From Pseudoxanthomonas sp. (lineage in GTDB: Bacteria; Pseudomonadota; Gammaproteobacteria; Xanthomonadales; Xanthomonadaceae), in contig NZ_DAIUEE010000003.1 of assembly GCF_036845285.1 (NCBI RefSeq), positions 191,697 to 223,696 on the forward strand: DNA of 32,000 nt. The letters are read 5' to 3'. The notes beneath the pieces are model-generated. The model was not told where the DNA came from. It saw only the letters and a program-made list of their open reading frames with translations, and ran no database searches. This document shows, piece after piece, positions 1 through 10,488 of the stretch. A program made the translations under genes and the position numbers. Each line of letters begins with the position of its first letter. Position 1 is the stretch's first letter.

Positions 1-34
1 GCGCTCGCGCGCAGGCTTGATGTCGAACCGCGAT

Positions 35-115
<81 letters not shown>

Positions 116-148
116 TCGCGGATCGGCCCGCCTTTCGACGGGCCGCGC

Positions 149-154
149 ATTATA
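149..154 (-). promoter_or_regulatory. Candidate -10 box (TATAAT) for tRNA-Pro
   Basis: A perfect TATAAT sits on the minus strand 37 nt upstream of the mature tRNA 5' end. No convincing -35 was found. A GGCCCG/CGGGCC hairpin lies in the short pre-tRNA leader. Confidence 0.3.
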
Positions 155-197
155 GCCGGAATTCTTCGGCGACTCCCACCAGGAGCGCCGCCGGAGG

Positions 198-554
198 TCA
201 CCGGCGCAGCAACTGGAGGATTTCCTCCAGTTCCATGCGCACCTGGCGCACGATCTGCGCGCTCATCGCGGACTCCTGCTTGGCACCCTCGCCTTCCAGG
301 CGCAAACGCGCACCGCCGATGGTGTAGCCCTGCTCGTACAGCAGGCCGCGGATCTGGCGCACCATCAGTACGTCATGGCGCTGGTAGTAGCGACGGTTGC
401 CGCGGCGCTTGGCCGGTTCCAGGCTGGGGAACTCGGTTTCCCAGTACCGCAGCACGTGCGGCTTCACGTCGCACAGTTCGCTCACCTCACCGATGGTGAA
501 GTAGCGCTTGGCCGGAATCGGCGGAAGCTCGCGGTTACTGCCCGGATCCAGCAT
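198..554 (-). CDS. MerR-family transcriptional regulator, small and ihfA-linked
   Basis: 118-aa ORF with an N-terminal MerR-type HTH ([25 protein letters not shown]...RRGNRRYY). It lies immediately downstream of ihfA and its ATG at 554 overlaps the ihfA end by 20 nt. Confidence 0.85.
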   Translation of the reverse strand: MLDPGSNRELPPIPAKRYFTIGEVSELCDVKPHVLRYWETEFPSLEPAKRRGNRRYYQRHDVLMVRQIRGLLYEQGYTIGGARLRLEGEGAKQESAMSAQIVRQVRMELEEILQLLRR

Positions 555-834
555 AGGTTTCCACCCGCTCCTTGAGTTTCTGTCCCGGCCTGAAGGTCAC
601 CACCGTCCGCGCCGAGATCGGGATTTCCTCGCCCGTCTTCGGATTGCGGCCCGGGCGCTGGTTCTTGCGCCGCAGGTCGAAATTGCCGAAGCCGGACAGC
701 TTCACCTGACGGCCCTGTTCAAGGGCTTCGCGCAGCACGTCGAAGTACGCGTCGACGAATTCCTTCGCCTCGCGCTTGTTCAGGCCGACCTCGTCGAACA
801 GACGCTCGGCCATCTCCGCCTTCGTCAATGCCAT
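535..834 (-). CDS. ihfA: Integration host factor subunit alpha
   Basis: 99-aa [16 protein letters not shown]...[41 protein letters not shown]. This is the canonical IHF-alpha/HU-fold sequence, and it sits downstream of pheT as in other gammaproteobacteria. Confidence 0.95.
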   Translation of the reverse strand: MALTKAEMAERLFDEVGLNKREAKEFVDAYFDVLREALEQGRQVKLSGFGNFDLRRKNQRPGRNPKTGEEIPISARTVVTFRPGQKLKERVETYAGSGQ

Positions 835-889
835 GGATACTGCGTCCCCATTGCGGCCGTCGCCGGCCCAGCCACTGCCCTCATACCGT

Positions 890-3283
890 TCATCCGCGGA
901 TCTTCGCGCCGTGCGCGCTGTCGATCGCGGTCACGACGGCGGCCACCACCTGCGCCACGTCGCCCTCAGCGAGAGTGCGTGAGTTGTCCTGCAAAATCAA
1001 GCCCATAGCGAGACTCTTTTGACCGGATTCGACGCCCTGTCCGACATAACGGTCGAACAGCTGCACGTCCCGCAACAGCGGCCCCGCAGCGGCCTTCACC
1101 GTGGCGACGAGATCCGCCCACGACACCTGCTCGGCAACGACGAATGCGAGGTCGCGGCGGACGGACGGATAGCGGGATTGTTCGGTGGCACGCGGCAGCG
1201 GCCGGACGCTCAATGGCGCGAGGTCCAGTTCGAACGCGATCACGTCGGCATCCAGGTCGAGCTGGCGCTGGAGACGCGGATGCAACTGCCCGATCCAGCC
1301 GATGCGGATCCCATCGCGGTACACGTCCGCCGACCGGCCGGGATGGCCATGGGCGGCCTGGGAAGGACGGAACTCGAGCGATGCACCTGCCAGGGCGGCG
1401 ACACTTTCCAGGTCGCCCTTGAGGTCATGGAAATCGACCTTGCGCGACGGCAAGCCCCATTGCTCGGCAACCGCCTCGCCGGTGATCGCGGCGGCGATGC
1501 GCAGCGACTCGACGGGCGCATCACCCGCCTGCGCCGACGCATGGAACACGTTGCCGATCTCGAACAGGCGTACGCGACCCGCCTGGCGCGCGGCGTTGCG
1601 CTGCAGGGCAGCCACGATGCCCGGCAGCAGTTGCGTGCGCATGATCGCCAGTTCGGCGCTGAGCGGGTTCGCCAGCGGCACGGCACCTTCGGCGGCACCC
1701 CACTGCGCGAGCCATTGGGCGTCGACGAACGCGAAGTTGACCGTTTCGAAATAATCGCGCGCCGCCAGCTGCCGGCGTACGGCGCCGGGCTCGACACGGG
1801 TCTCGCTCGGCGAGGCAATGCGGATCGCGCCACCCGGCAGCGTGGTGGGCACGCGGTCGTAGCCGTGGATGCGCGCGAGTTCCTCGATCAGGTCTTCCTC
1901 GATGGCGATATCGAAGCGCCGGCTGGGCGCGACCACGCTCCAGCCCTCGGCGACGGCGGACGCCTGCAGGCCCAGCGCGCGCAGGATGCGCTCGATCTCG
2001 GCGTCCGGAATGTCGACCCCCAGCACACGGGCGATCCGCGCGCGGCGCAGCAGGATGGCGATGGGCTTCGGGAGGTGTTCGAGGTGTTCCGCCACCGTGG
2101 TGGGGCCAGGCGTTCCGCCGGCGACATCGAGGATCAGGCGGGTGGCGTACTCCACGGCGATACGCGGCAACTCGGGATCGACGCCACGCTCGAAGCGATG
2201 GCCGGCATCGGTGTGCAGGCCCAGCTTGCGGCTGCGGCCGATGATGGCCGACGGAATCCAGTGCGCTGCCTCGAGGAAGACGGTGGTCGTGGTGTCCGTG
2301 ACGCGCGTGTCGAGGCCACCCATGATGCCGCCGAGGGCGACGGCGCGTTCGCCACGGCCGCCTCGACTGTCGGACACCACCAGGAAATCACTGTCCAGCG
2401 CGACGGTACGGCCATCCAGCAACGTGGCCCGCTCGCCGGCGCGGGCATCGCGCACGACGACCGGTCCTTCCAGCATGTCGCGGTCGAATGCGTGCATCGG
2501 CTGACCCAGCTCCAGCATCACGTACTGGGTGACGTCCACCAGGAAACTGATCGGTCGCACGCCGCTGCGGCGCAGCCGCTCCGCCATCCAGACGGGGGTA
2601 GCCGCACGCGCGTCGACACCTTCGATGACGCGGCCGGCGAAACGCGGCACCTTCGCCCCCGCGTCCAGCACGACTTCCATGGCCGCCGTGCCCTGCGCCG
2701 GCACGGCCGTGGAGTCCAGCGGCTTCACTTCGCTGCCCAGCGACGCCGCGACGTCATAGGCGATGCCGCGCACGCTGAAGCAATCGGCACGGTTCGGCGT
2801 CAGCTTGATCTCGATGCTGGCGTCCGGCAGTTGCAGATAGTCGGCGACGGGCGTGCCGACCGGCGCGTCGGACGGCAGTTCCAGCAGGCCGGACGCATCG
2901 GCATCGATGCCGAGTTCCTTGGCCGAGCACAGCATGCCGTTGGATTCGACGCCGCGCAGCTTGGCGGCCTTGATGGCGATGCCGCCGACGTTCGCGCCCA
3001 CCATCGCCAGCGGCGCCAGCAGGCCCGGGCGCGCATTCGGCGCGCCGCAGACGATCTGCAGCAGCGCGCCCTGCCCTGCATCGACCTGGCACACCTGCAG
3101 GCGGTCGGCCTCGGGATGCCTGGCGCATTCGACGATGCGCGCCACGACCACGTTCGCCAGACCATCGCCCAGCGCCGTGACCTCTTCGACCTCCAGGCCG
3201 ATGGCGGTCAGCGTGGCGGACAGTTCGTCGCGGGTGGCCTGGGTAGGGACGTGGCTGCGCAGCCAGTTTTCAGAGAATTTCAT
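890..3283 (-). CDS. pheT: Phenylalanine--tRNA ligase beta subunit
   Basis: The ORF track gives 890..3325. The conserved N-terminus [11 protein letters not shown] starts at the ATG at 3283..3281, leaving 797 aa. The 14 aa upstream are not conserved-looking. Confidence 0.95.
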   Translation of the reverse strand: MKFSENWLRSHVPTQATRDELSATLTAIGLEVEEVTALGDGLANVVVARIVECARHPEADRLQVCQVDAGQGALLQIVCGAPNARPGLLAPLAMVGANVGGIAIKAAKLRGVESNGMLCSAKELGIDADASGLLELPSDAPVGTPVADYLQLPDASIEIKLTPNRADCFSVRGIAYDVAASLGSEVKPLDSTAVPAQGTAAMEVVLDAGAKVPRFAGRVIEGVDARAATPVWMAERLRRSGVRPISFLVDVTQYVMLELGQPMHAFDRDMLEGPVVVRDARAGERATLLDGRTVALDSDFLVVSDSRGGRGERAVALGGIMGGLDTRVTDTTTTVFLEAAHWIPSAIIGRSRKLGLHTDAGHRFERGVDPELPRIAVEYATRLILDVAGGTPGPTTVAEHLEHLPKPIAILLRRARIARVLGVDIPDAEIERILRALGLQASAVAEGWSVVAPSRRFDIAIEEDLIEELARIHGYDRVPTTLPGGAIRIASPSETRVEPGAVRRQLAARDYFETVNFAFVDAQWLAQWGAAEGAVPLANPLSAELAIMRTQLLPGIVAALQRNAARQAGRVRLFEIGNVFHASAQAGDAPVESLRIAAAITGEAVAEQWGLPSRKVDFHDLKGDLESVAALAGASLEFRPSQAAHGHPGRSADVYRDGIRIGWIGQLHPRLQRQLDLDADVIAFELDLAPLSVRPLPRATEQSRYPSVRRDLAFVVAEQVSWADLVATVKAAAGPLLRDVQLFDRYVGQGVESGQKSLAMGLILQDNSRTLAEGDVAQVVAAVVTAIDSAHGAKIRG

Positions 3284-3370
3284 GGTTCGTGATCCGTAGG
3301 GCGGGCCCGGGCCCGCCATTGCCATGTATCAGGTGTCGAGATGCCGGAACAGCAGCGGGCGTGGGTACGC

Positions 3371-4454
<1,084 letters not shown>

Positions 4455-4470
4455 TACAGGAACAAGAACC

Positions 4471-4506
4471 ACAAAAAACAATGGGGAAGGACTCGCGCCC
4501 TTCCCC
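4471..4506 (-). terminator. Rho-independent terminator downstream of rplT
   Basis: The minus strand reads GGGGAAGG-GCGCGAGT-CCTTCCCC followed by ATTGTTTTTTGTGG. That is an 8-bp GC stem plus a T-run, about 50 nt after the rplT stop. Confidence 0.7.
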
Positions 4507-4556
4507 ACGTGTTCCCGGCGATGGACTGCCGGAGTGCTTTACGGTGGAGACGCGGC

Positions 4557-4916
4557 TTACGCCGCGAGTGCGCCCTTCGCCTTTTCAGCCAGGGCCGCAA
4601 AGCCGACCGCATCATGCACGGCGATGTCCGCCAGCACCTTGCGATCCAGCGTGATGCCGGACTTCAGCAGGCCATTCATGAAACGGCTGTAGCTGAGGCC
4701 GTTCAGGCGGGCAGCCGCGTTGATACGCGTGATCCACAGCGAACGGAAATTGCGCTTCTTCTGCTTGCGGCCGATGTAGGCGTACTGACCCGCCTTGATC
4801 ACCGCCTGCTTGGCGACGCGGAATACCTTGCGACGGGCGTTGTAGTAGCCCTTGGCGAGGTGGAGGACTTTCTTGTGACGGCGACGCGCCGTCACGCCAC
4901 GCTTAACTCGTGCCAT
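4557..4916 (-). CDS. rplT: 50S ribosomal protein L20
   Basis: 119-aa [42 protein letters not shown]..., the canonical L20 sequence. Confidence 0.97.
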   Translation of the reverse strand: MARVKRGVTARRRHKKVLHLAKGYYNARRKVFRVAKQAVIKAGQYAYIGRKQKKRNFRSLWITRINAAARLNGLSYSRFMNGLLKSGITLDRKVLADIAVHDAVGFAALAEKAKGALAA

Positions 4917-4926
4917 GTCTCAGTCC

Positions 4927-5124
4927 TCAGAGGTAGGGAAGCATGCGGTTCAAACGGCCGCTGTCTTCGGCGCGAATGATGTTCGTCGCACGAAGGCCGC
5001 GCTTACGCTTGGTCGCTTTCTTGGTGAGGATGTGGCTACGGTTGGCGTGGCCAGCCTTGAACTTGCCGGAGGCGGTCTTGCGAAAACGCTTCGCCGCCGC
5101 CCGGTGGGTCTTGATCTTGGGCAT
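4927..5124 (-). CDS. rpmI: 50S ribosomal protein L35
   Basis: 65-aa [39 protein letters not shown]..., the canonical L35 sequence, 10 nt upstream of rplT. Confidence 0.95.
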   Translation of the reverse strand: MPKIKTHRAAAKRFRKTASGKFKAGHANRSHILTKKATKRKRGLRATNIIRAEDSGRLNRMLPYL

Positions 5125-5279
5125 TGCTATGTCCTTGACGGGGTTATGTCACTGATCCGGGCGCCACGTTCGTGGTCTTTCCATCCGTGCCCATATCGGC
5201 TTGTAAGTCGTTGATTCCGTAACGGAACCTGCGACGGGTCCATCGACTGCGAACAGTCTCCCGGCGTACCGGGCCGCGT

Positions 5280-5308
5280 ATTATGCCCGCTGCCGATTTC
5301 TCTTGCAA
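5280..5308 (-). promoter_or_regulatory. Candidate sigma70 promoter for rpmI-rplT (TTGCAA-N17-CATAAT)
   Basis: On the minus strand the -35 TTGCAA is at 5308..5303, the spacer is exactly 17 nt, and the -10 CATAAT is at 5285..5280. This would give a leader of about 150 nt before the rpmI ATG at 5124. Confidence 0.45.
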
Positions 5309-5352
5309 ATCCGGCCACTTAGGCCTGGCTTGGACCGGAGTGCGGAAAAGCG

Positions 5353-5374
5353 GAAGGCGCCTTGCGGCGCCTTC
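5353..5374 (-). terminator. Hairpin (9-bp stem, GCAA tetraloop on the minus strand) downstream of infC; possible partial terminator
   Basis: The minus strand reads GAAGGCGCC-GCAA-GGCGCCTTC followed by CGCTTTTCC, which is only a weak T-run. Confidence 0.4.
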
Positions 5375-5387
5375 CCCTCACCCTTTG

Positions 5388-5414
5388 CCCTCTCCCCGCA
5401 CGCGGGGCGAGGGG
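5388..5414. repeat. REP-like imperfect GC palindrome
   Basis: CCCTCTCCCCGCACGCGGGGCGAGGGG, preceded by CCCCTCACCCTTTG. It has the CCCTCTCCCC...GGGGAGAGGG shape typical of proteobacterial intergenic repeats. Only one copy is in this window. Confidence 0.35.
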
Positions 5415-5424
5415 AACAGTAGGC

Positions 5425-5445
5425 GTCAGCGGCCAAGCCGCTGAC
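5425..5445 (-). other. 9-bp stem-loop abutting the infC stop codon
   Basis: GTCAGCGGC-CAA-GCCGCTGAC lies 2 nt from the infC stop and has no T-run. Its function is unknown; an mRNA 3' or processing structure is one possibility. Confidence 0.35.
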
Positions 5446-5446
5446 T

Positions 5447-5971
5447 TCACTTCTTTTTGGGGGCGATCATCATGACCATCTGACGGCCTTCCAGACGCGG
5501 ACGGGACTCGATGACGATCTCGTCGCCCAGCTCGGCCTCGATGCGCGCGGCCATTTCGCGACCCAGTTCCTGGTGGCTCATTTCGCGGCCACGGAAGCGG
5601 ATGTTGACCTTGACCTTGTCGCCTTCTTCCAGGAAGCGGCGGATGTTGCGCATCTTGATCTGGTAGTCGCCCTCGTCGGTAACGGGGCGGAACTTGAGTT
5701 CCTTGATCTCGACCTGCTTGGTCTTCTTCTTGGCCTCGTTCGCCTTCTTCTGCGCTTCGAACTTGAACTTGCCGAAGTCCATGATCTTGCAGACAGGCGG
5801 CTCGGCATTGGGCTGGATCTCGACCAGATCGAGACCCTCTTCTTCCGCCTTGGCCAAGGCTTCGTCGCGCGTGAGCACGCCGATCATCTCGCCGTCGGAA
5901 CCGATCACGCGCACGCGCGGAACGCGGATTTCGAGGTTCTTTCGGTTTTGCTTGTTGTCAGGAATGCTGAT
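5447..5971 (-). CDS. infC: Translation initiation factor IF-3 (non-AUG start, AUC or AUU)
   Basis: The ORF track gives 5447..6025 starting from a TTG that abuts the thrS stop. Conserved IF-3 sequence begins near ...[34 protein letters not shown] at 5983..5980 lies 8 nt upstream of an ATC at 5971..5969. An ATT at 5965..5963 is the alternative start. No in-frame ATG or GTG exists before the conserved core. Confidence 0.85.
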   Translation of the reverse strand: MSIPDNKQNRKNLEIRVPRVRVIGSDGEMIGVLTRDEALAKAEEEGLDLVEIQPNAEPPVCKIMDFGKFKFEAQKKANEAKKKTKQVEIKELKFRPVTDEGDYQIKMRNIRRFLEEGDKVKVNIRFRGREMSHQELGREMAARIEAELGDEIVIESRPRLEGRQMVMMIAPKKK

Positions 5972-6025
5972 GTTGCAGTCTCCAGGGAGGGGTGCGCCGG
6001 CCCGCGAAGGACGGACCGGAACCAA

Positions 6026-7933
6026 TTATTGCGCGGCGTGCTCGTTACGCAAACGTTCGGCGAAGGCAGCGACGGACATGCTGCCGAGATCTTCCCCTGA
6101 ACGCGTGCGCACGGCGATGGCGCCATTCTCCTTCTCGCGGTCGCCGACCACCAGCAGGTATGGCACCCGCTGCAGCGTGTGCTCGCGAATCTTATAACCG
6201 ATCTTCTCGTTCCGCAAATCGGAAGCCACCCGGAAGCCTTGATTTGCAAGGGTTTTCCGGACCTCGGCCACATAATCGGCCTGGGCGTCGGTGATATTCA
6301 TCACCACGGCCTGCTGGGGGGCCAGCCAGGACGGGAATGCACCAGCATGGTGCTCGATCAGGATGCCGATGAAGCGTTCCATCGACCCCACGATGGCCCG
6401 ATGCAGCATGACCGGGTGCTGGCGCTGGCTGTTCTCGTCCACGTACTCCGCGCCCAGTCGGCCCGGCATCATGAAATCGACCTGCATCGTCCCCAGCTGC
6501 CAGGTCCGGCCGATCGCGTCCTTCAGGTGGTACTCGATCTTCGGCCCGTAGAAGGCGCCCTCGCCCGGCAGCTCTTGCCATTCCACCCCACAGCTGCGCA
6601 GGGCGGCACGCAGGGCGGCTTCGGCCTTGTCCCAGGTGGCGTCATCGCCCAGGCGCGACTCCGGTCGCAGGGCGATCTTGATCTGGATGTCCTCGAACCC
6701 GAAGTCCGAGTACACCTTCAGCGCCTGCTGGTGGAACGCGGTGACCTCGGCCTCGATCTGGTCTTCCGTGCAGAAGATGTGGCCGTCGTCCTGGGTGAAG
6801 CCGCGCACGCGCAGGATGCCGTGCAGCGCGCCCGACGGCTCGTTGCGGTGGCAGGCGCCGAACTCGCCATAGCGGATCGGCAAGTCGCGATAGCTGTGCA
6901 GGCCCTGGTTGAACACCTGCACATGGCCCGGGCAGTTCATCGGCTTGACCGCGTAGGTGCGGTTCTCCGACTCGCTGAAGAACATGTTTTCCTTGTAGTT
7001 GTCCCAGTGGCCGGACTTCTTCCACAAGGCGACGTCGAGGATCTGCGGGCAGCGCACTTCCTGGTAGCCGCTGTCGCGGTAGACCTTGCGCATGTACTGC
7101 TCGACCACCTGCCAGATGGCCCAGCCCTTCGGATGCCAGAACACCAGGCCCGGCGCCTCTTCCTGCAGGTGGAACAGCTCCTGCTGCTTGCCGATCTTGC
7201 GGTGGTCGCGCTTCTCGGCCTCCTCGATGCGCTGGATGTAGGCCTCCAGCTGCTTCTTGTCGGCCCAGGCCGTGCCGTAGATGCGCTGCAGCTGCTCGTT
7301 CTTGGCGTCGCCGCGCCAGTAGGCGCCGGAAATGCGGGTCAGCTTGAACGCCTTCAGGAAGCGCGTGTTCGGCACGTGCGGACCGCGGCACATGTCGACG
7401 TATTCCTGGTGGTAGTACAGGCCCATCGCCGTGACATCCGGGCCCATGTCGTCGATCAGGCGCAGCTTGTAGTCCTCGCCACGGGCCTTGAACACCTCGA
7501 CGACCTCGGCGCGCGGCGTCATCTTCTTGATGACGTCGTAGTCCTGCGCGATCAGTTCCTGCATGCGTTGTTCGATCGCCGCCAGATCCTCGGGCGTGAA
7601 CGGGCGCTCGCTGTGGATGTCGTAGTAGAAGCCTTCGGCGATGACCGGGCCGATGACCATCTTCGCGTCCGGATACAGCTGCTTCACCGCGTGGCCGACC
7701 AGGTGCGCGGCCGAGTGGCGAATGATCTCGACGCCCTCCTCGTCCTTCGGCGTGATGATGCGCAGCGCGGCGTCGTGGTCGATGACGTCGCTGGCATCGA
7801 CCAGCACGCCGTCGACCGCACCGGCCACGGTAGCCTTGGCCAGCCCGGCGCCGATGGACTGGGCCACCTGCATGACGGAAACGGGGTTCTCGAACTCGCG
7901 GCGGCTGCCGTCGGTGAGCGTGATGGTGATCAT
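6026..7933 (-). CDS. thrS: Threonine--tRNA ligase
   Basis: The ORF track gives 6026..7996. The conserved N-terminus [14 protein letters not shown] (E. coli has MPVITLPDGSQRHF) starts at the ATG at 7933..7931, leaving 635 aa. The rest is collinear with ThrRS (TGS, second additional domain, class II core, anticodon-binding domain). Confidence 0.95.
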   Translation of the reverse strand: MITITLTDGSRREFENPVSVMQVAQSIGAGLAKATVAGAVDGVLVDASDVIDHDAALRIITPKDEEGVEIIRHSAAHLVGHAVKQLYPDAKMVIGPVIAEGFYYDIHSERPFTPEDLAAIEQRMQELIAQDYDVIKKMTPRAEVVEVFKARGEDYKLRLIDDMGPDVTAMGLYYHQEYVDMCRGPHVPNTRFLKAFKLTRISGAYWRGDAKNEQLQRIYGTAWADKKQLEAYIQRIEEAEKRDHRKIGKQQELFHLQEEAPGLVFWHPKGWAIWQVVEQYMRKVYRDSGYQEVRCPQILDVALWKKSGHWDNYKENMFFSESENRTYAVKPMNCPGHVQVFNQGLHSYRDLPIRYGEFGACHRNEPSGALHGILRVRGFTQDDGHIFCTEDQIEAEVTAFHQQALKVYSDFGFEDIQIKIALRPESRLGDDATWDKAEAALRAALRSCGVEWQELPGEGAFYGPKIEYHLKDAIGRTWQLGTMQVDFMMPGRLGAEYVDENSQRQHPVMLHRAIVGSMERFIGILIEHHAGAFPSWLAPQQAVVMNITDAQADYVAEVRKTLANQGFRVASDLRNEKIGYKIREHTLQRVPYLLVVGDREKENGAIAVRTRSGEDLGSMSVAAFAERLRNEHAAQ

Positions 7934-7997
7934 CGGAGGCGTGGACTCGATCTGGATGACGCCGGCGCAGGAGCGGCCGGGCGGGAGTGCGGACATG

Positions 7998-8020
7998 AAA
8001 AAAGCGCCACGAGGGCGCCT
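7998..8020 (-). terminator. Intrinsic terminator-like hairpin plus T6 between tRNA-Val and thrS
   Basis: The minus strand reads AGGCGCC-CUCGU-GGCGCUU followed by a six-T run ending at 7998. It lies 147 nt after the tRNA-Val 3' end and about 65 nt before the thrS ATG. Confidence 0.55.
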
Positions 8021-8167
8021 ACGGGATGCGGTGCCTCGGGCAAAAACAGGTTCAGGCGATGGTAGTGCTCATGTCGCACGCTCGGCCGGCGTTTCCGCGG
8101 GCCACCTCGTGATGCGGATGGCGCGAAGGGAAGGCCCCGTGGTTCCGGAATCCACGCTGTGGAAGCG

Positions 8168-8242
8168 TGGTGGGCGGTACAGGGTTCGAACCTGTGACCC
8201 CTACCATGTCAAGGTAGTGCTCTACCGCTGAGCTAACCGCCC
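8168..8242 (-). tRNA. tRNA-Val, anticodon GAC
   Basis: The reverse complement reads GGGCGGTTAGCTCAGCGGTAGAGCACTACCTTGACATGGTAGGGGTCACAGGTTCGAACCCTGTACCGCCCACCA. The anticodon arm is CTACC-TTGACAT-GGTAG, the T-loop is GGTTCGAAC and CCA is encoded. Confidence 0.9.
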
Positions 8243-8266
8243 GGTCTGCCCTTTGCAGGGGCGCGA

Positions 8267-8296
8267 ATTCTAGCCCGGAAGCGGGGTCGTCGACAA
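8267..8296 (-). promoter_or_regulatory. Candidate promoter for tRNA-Val (TTGTCG-N18-TAGAAT)
   Basis: On the minus strand the -35 is at 8296..8291 and the -10 TAGAAT at 8272..8267, about 25 nt upstream of the tRNA 5' end and just downstream of the uvrB stop. Confidence 0.35.
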
Positions 8297-8317
8297 CCGG
8301 GCAAGGATTTCTTCGGC

Positions 8318-10339
8318 TCAGCCGCCCAGGCTGGCCTCCTTCAGCCGCTGGATCTGGTCGCGCAGGCGCGCGGCATCCTCGAATTCCAGGTCGCGGGCGT
8401 GCTGGTACATCTGCTGTTCCAGCGTCTTGATCTTGGCCACCGCCTTCGCCGGATCCATCACGCCGTACTCGGCCGACTCCTCGGCCACGCGACGCACCTT
8501 GCCCCGCCCGGCCTTGCCATCGTTGGCGGCCTCGCTGCGCGCGCCCTCCAGGATGTCGACGATGGGACGGGCCACGGACTTCGGTGTGATGCCGTGCTCC
8601 AGGTTGTATTCCACCTGTTTCTCGCGGCGCCGTCCGGTTTCATCGATCGCCGCCTGCATCGAGCGGGTCATCCTGTCGGCATAGAGGATCGCCTTGCCGC
8701 GCAGGTTGCGCGCCGCCCGGCCGATGGTCTGGATCAGCGAGCCGGTGGAACGCAGGAAGCCCTCCTTGTCCGCGTCGAGGATCGCCACCAGCGACACTTC
8801 CGGCATGTCCAGGCCCTCGCGCAGCAGATTGATGCCGACCAGCACGTCGAACTTGCCAAGCCGCAGGTCGCGGATGATCTCCACGCGCTCGACGGTATCG
8901 ACGTCCGAGTGCAGGTAGCGCACCTTGATGCCGTGCTCGCCCAGGTACTCGGTCAGGTTCTCGGCCATGCGCTTGGTCAGCGTGGTGACCAGCACACGAT
9001 CGCCCCACGACACCCGCTCGTTGATCTGCGACAGCAGGTCGTCCACCTGCGTGCCGACCGGGCGGATCTCGACTTCCGGATCGATCAGGCCGGTGGGACG
9101 CACCACCAGCTCGACGATCTCGCCGGCGGACTCGCGCAGTTCGTACGGTCCAGGCGTTGCGGAGACGTAGATGCTGCGGGGCGAACGCGCTTCCCATTCC
9201 TCGAAGCGCAACGGCCGGTTGTCCAGCGCCGATGGCAGTCGGAAACCGAACTCCACCAGCGTTTCCTTGCGCGAGCGGTCGCCCTTGTACATGGCGCCGA
9301 TCTGGGGAATGGTCACGTGGGATTCGTCGATCACCAGCAGCGCATCCGCCGGCAGGTAGTCGAACAGCGTCGGCGGCGGCTCGCCCGGCGCCTTGCCGGT
9401 CAGGTGGCGCGAGTAGTTCTCGATGCCCGAACAGAAGCCGACCTCGGCCATCATTTCCACGTCGAACTGGGTCCGCTGCGCCAGCCGCTGCGCCTCCACC
9501 AGCTTGTTCTGCGCGTACAGCTGCTCCAGCCGATCCTTCAGCTCCACCTTGATCGTGTCGATGGCAGCCAGCACGCGCTCGCGGGTGGTGGCGTAGTGGG
9601 TCTTGGGATAGACGGTGTAACGCTGCAGCTTGCGCAGCGACTCGCCGGTGAGCGGATCGAACAGGCTCAGGCCCTCGACCTCGCCATCGAACAGCTCGAT
9701 GCGCACGGCCTCGGCATCGCTTTCCGCCGGATGCACGTCGATGATCTCGCCGCGCACGCGGAAGGTGCCGCGCTGCAGCTCGTATTCATTGCGCGTGTAC
9801 TGCAACTGGGTCAGGTGGCGGATCAGTTCGCGCTGGTCGATGCGCTCACCCAGTGACAGGATCAGCCGCAGCGACAGGTAGTCTTCCGGCGCACCGAGGC
9901 CGTAGATCGCGGATACCGTAGCGACCACCAGCGCATCCGGGCGCGACAGCAGGGTCTTGGTCGCCGCCAGCCGCATCTGCTCGATGTGCTCGTTGATCGA
10001 ACTGTCCTTCTCGATGAAGGTGTCGCTCGACGGCACGTAGGCTTCGGGCTGGTAGTAGTCGTAGTAGCTGACGAAATATTCGACCGCGTTGTGCGGGAAA
10101 AAAGCCTTGAATTCGCCATACAGCTGCGCCGCCAGCGTCTTGTTGGGCGCCATGACCAGGGTCGGCTTCTGCACCCGCTGCACCACGTTGGCGATGGTGT
10201 AGGTCTTGCCGGAACCCGTCACGCCCAGCAGCGTCTGTTTCGCCAGGCCGGCCTCGAAATTCTCCACGAGCTTCTCGATGGCCCGCGGCTGGTCGCCGGC
10301 CGGGGAGTAAGGGGAAACGAGCTGGAAACGGTCGGTCAT
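8318..10339 (-). CDS. uvrB: Excinuclease ABC subunit B
   Basis: The ORF track gives 8318..10543. The conserved start [24 protein letters not shown] is at the ATG at 10339..10337, leaving 673 aa. It carries Walker A GVTGSGKT, helicase motifs and the C-terminal UVR domain (...[20 protein letters not shown]). Confidence 0.95.
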   Translation of the reverse strand: MTDRFQLVSPYSPAGDQPRAIEKLVENFEAGLAKQTLLGVTGSGKTYTIANVVQRVQKPTLVMAPNKTLAAQLYGEFKAFFPHNAVEYFVSYYDYYQPEAYVPSSDTFIEKDSSINEHIEQMRLAATKTLLSRPDALVVATVSAIYGLGAPEDYLSLRLILSLGERIDQRELIRHLTQLQYTRNEYELQRGTFRVRGEIIDVHPAESDAEAVRIELFDGEVEGLSLFDPLTGESLRKLQRYTVYPKTHYATTRERVLAAIDTIKVELKDRLEQLYAQNKLVEAQRLAQRTQFDVEMMAEVGFCSGIENYSRHLTGKAPGEPPPTLFDYLPADALLVIDESHVTIPQIGAMYKGDRSRKETLVEFGFRLPSALDNRPLRFEEWEARSPRSIYVSATPGPYELRESAGEIVELVVRPTGLIDPEVEIRPVGTQVDDLLSQINERVSWGDRVLVTTLTKRMAENLTEYLGEHGIKVRYLHSDVDTVERVEIIRDLRLGKFDVLVGINLLREGLDMPEVSLVAILDADKEGFLRSTGSLIQTIGRAARNLRGKAILYADRMTRSMQAAIDETGRRREKQVEYNLEHGITPKSVARPIVDILEGARSEAANDGKAGRGKVRRVAEESAEYGVMDPAKAVAKIKTLEQQMYQHARDLEFEDAARLRDQIQRLKEASLGG

Positions 10340-10488
10340 GGCGCACACCTGAGACAAGCGAACGAGTATAGCGATGGGCGCGTGACAGGGACCGAGGCGA
10401 ATTCCTACACGCGGACAGGTCCAGACCTGATGGCGAGAAAAGCAAACGGCCGCGAACCTGATCGCGCCCATTTCACAAGGAACTGTCG

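Noticed and set aside
1019-3292. A 757-aa plus-strand ORF antisense to pheT, plus similar ORFs 6179..8065 (antisense to thrS), 8399..9856 (antisense to uvrB), 19122..20594 (antisense to ppnN) and 20629..21972 and 22351..23724 (antisense to the TonB receptor).
   Set aside because: All of them lie opposite well-supported conserved genes, have low-complexity Arg/Ala/Gly/Asp-rich translations, and have no SD or motif support.
5127-5318. A 63-aa minus-strand ORF in the infC-rpmI spacer, GTG start.
   Set aside because: It has no SD and a non-protein-like composition. It runs across the predicted promoter and leader and ends overlapping the rpmI SD region. It is more plausibly untranslated leader RNA.
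7934-7940. CCUCC lies immediately 5' of the start codons of both thrS (GCCUCCG-AUG) and pheS (ACCUCCA-AUG at 4367-4373), where an SD would be expected.
   Set aside because: The pattern is striking, because it is anti-SD-like sequence instead of SD. But there are only two instances in GC-rich DNA, and no complementary GGAGG partner was found nearby on the same strand. I cannot distinguish it from chance without genome-wide statistics.
10340-10488. A search for a LexA/SOS box upstream of uvrB.
   Set aside because: I saw no TTAGTA...TACTAA-type (Xanthomonadales) or CTGT-N8-ACAG-type palindrome in the uvrB-fimT divergent region. GAGTATAGCG is only a vague resemblance.
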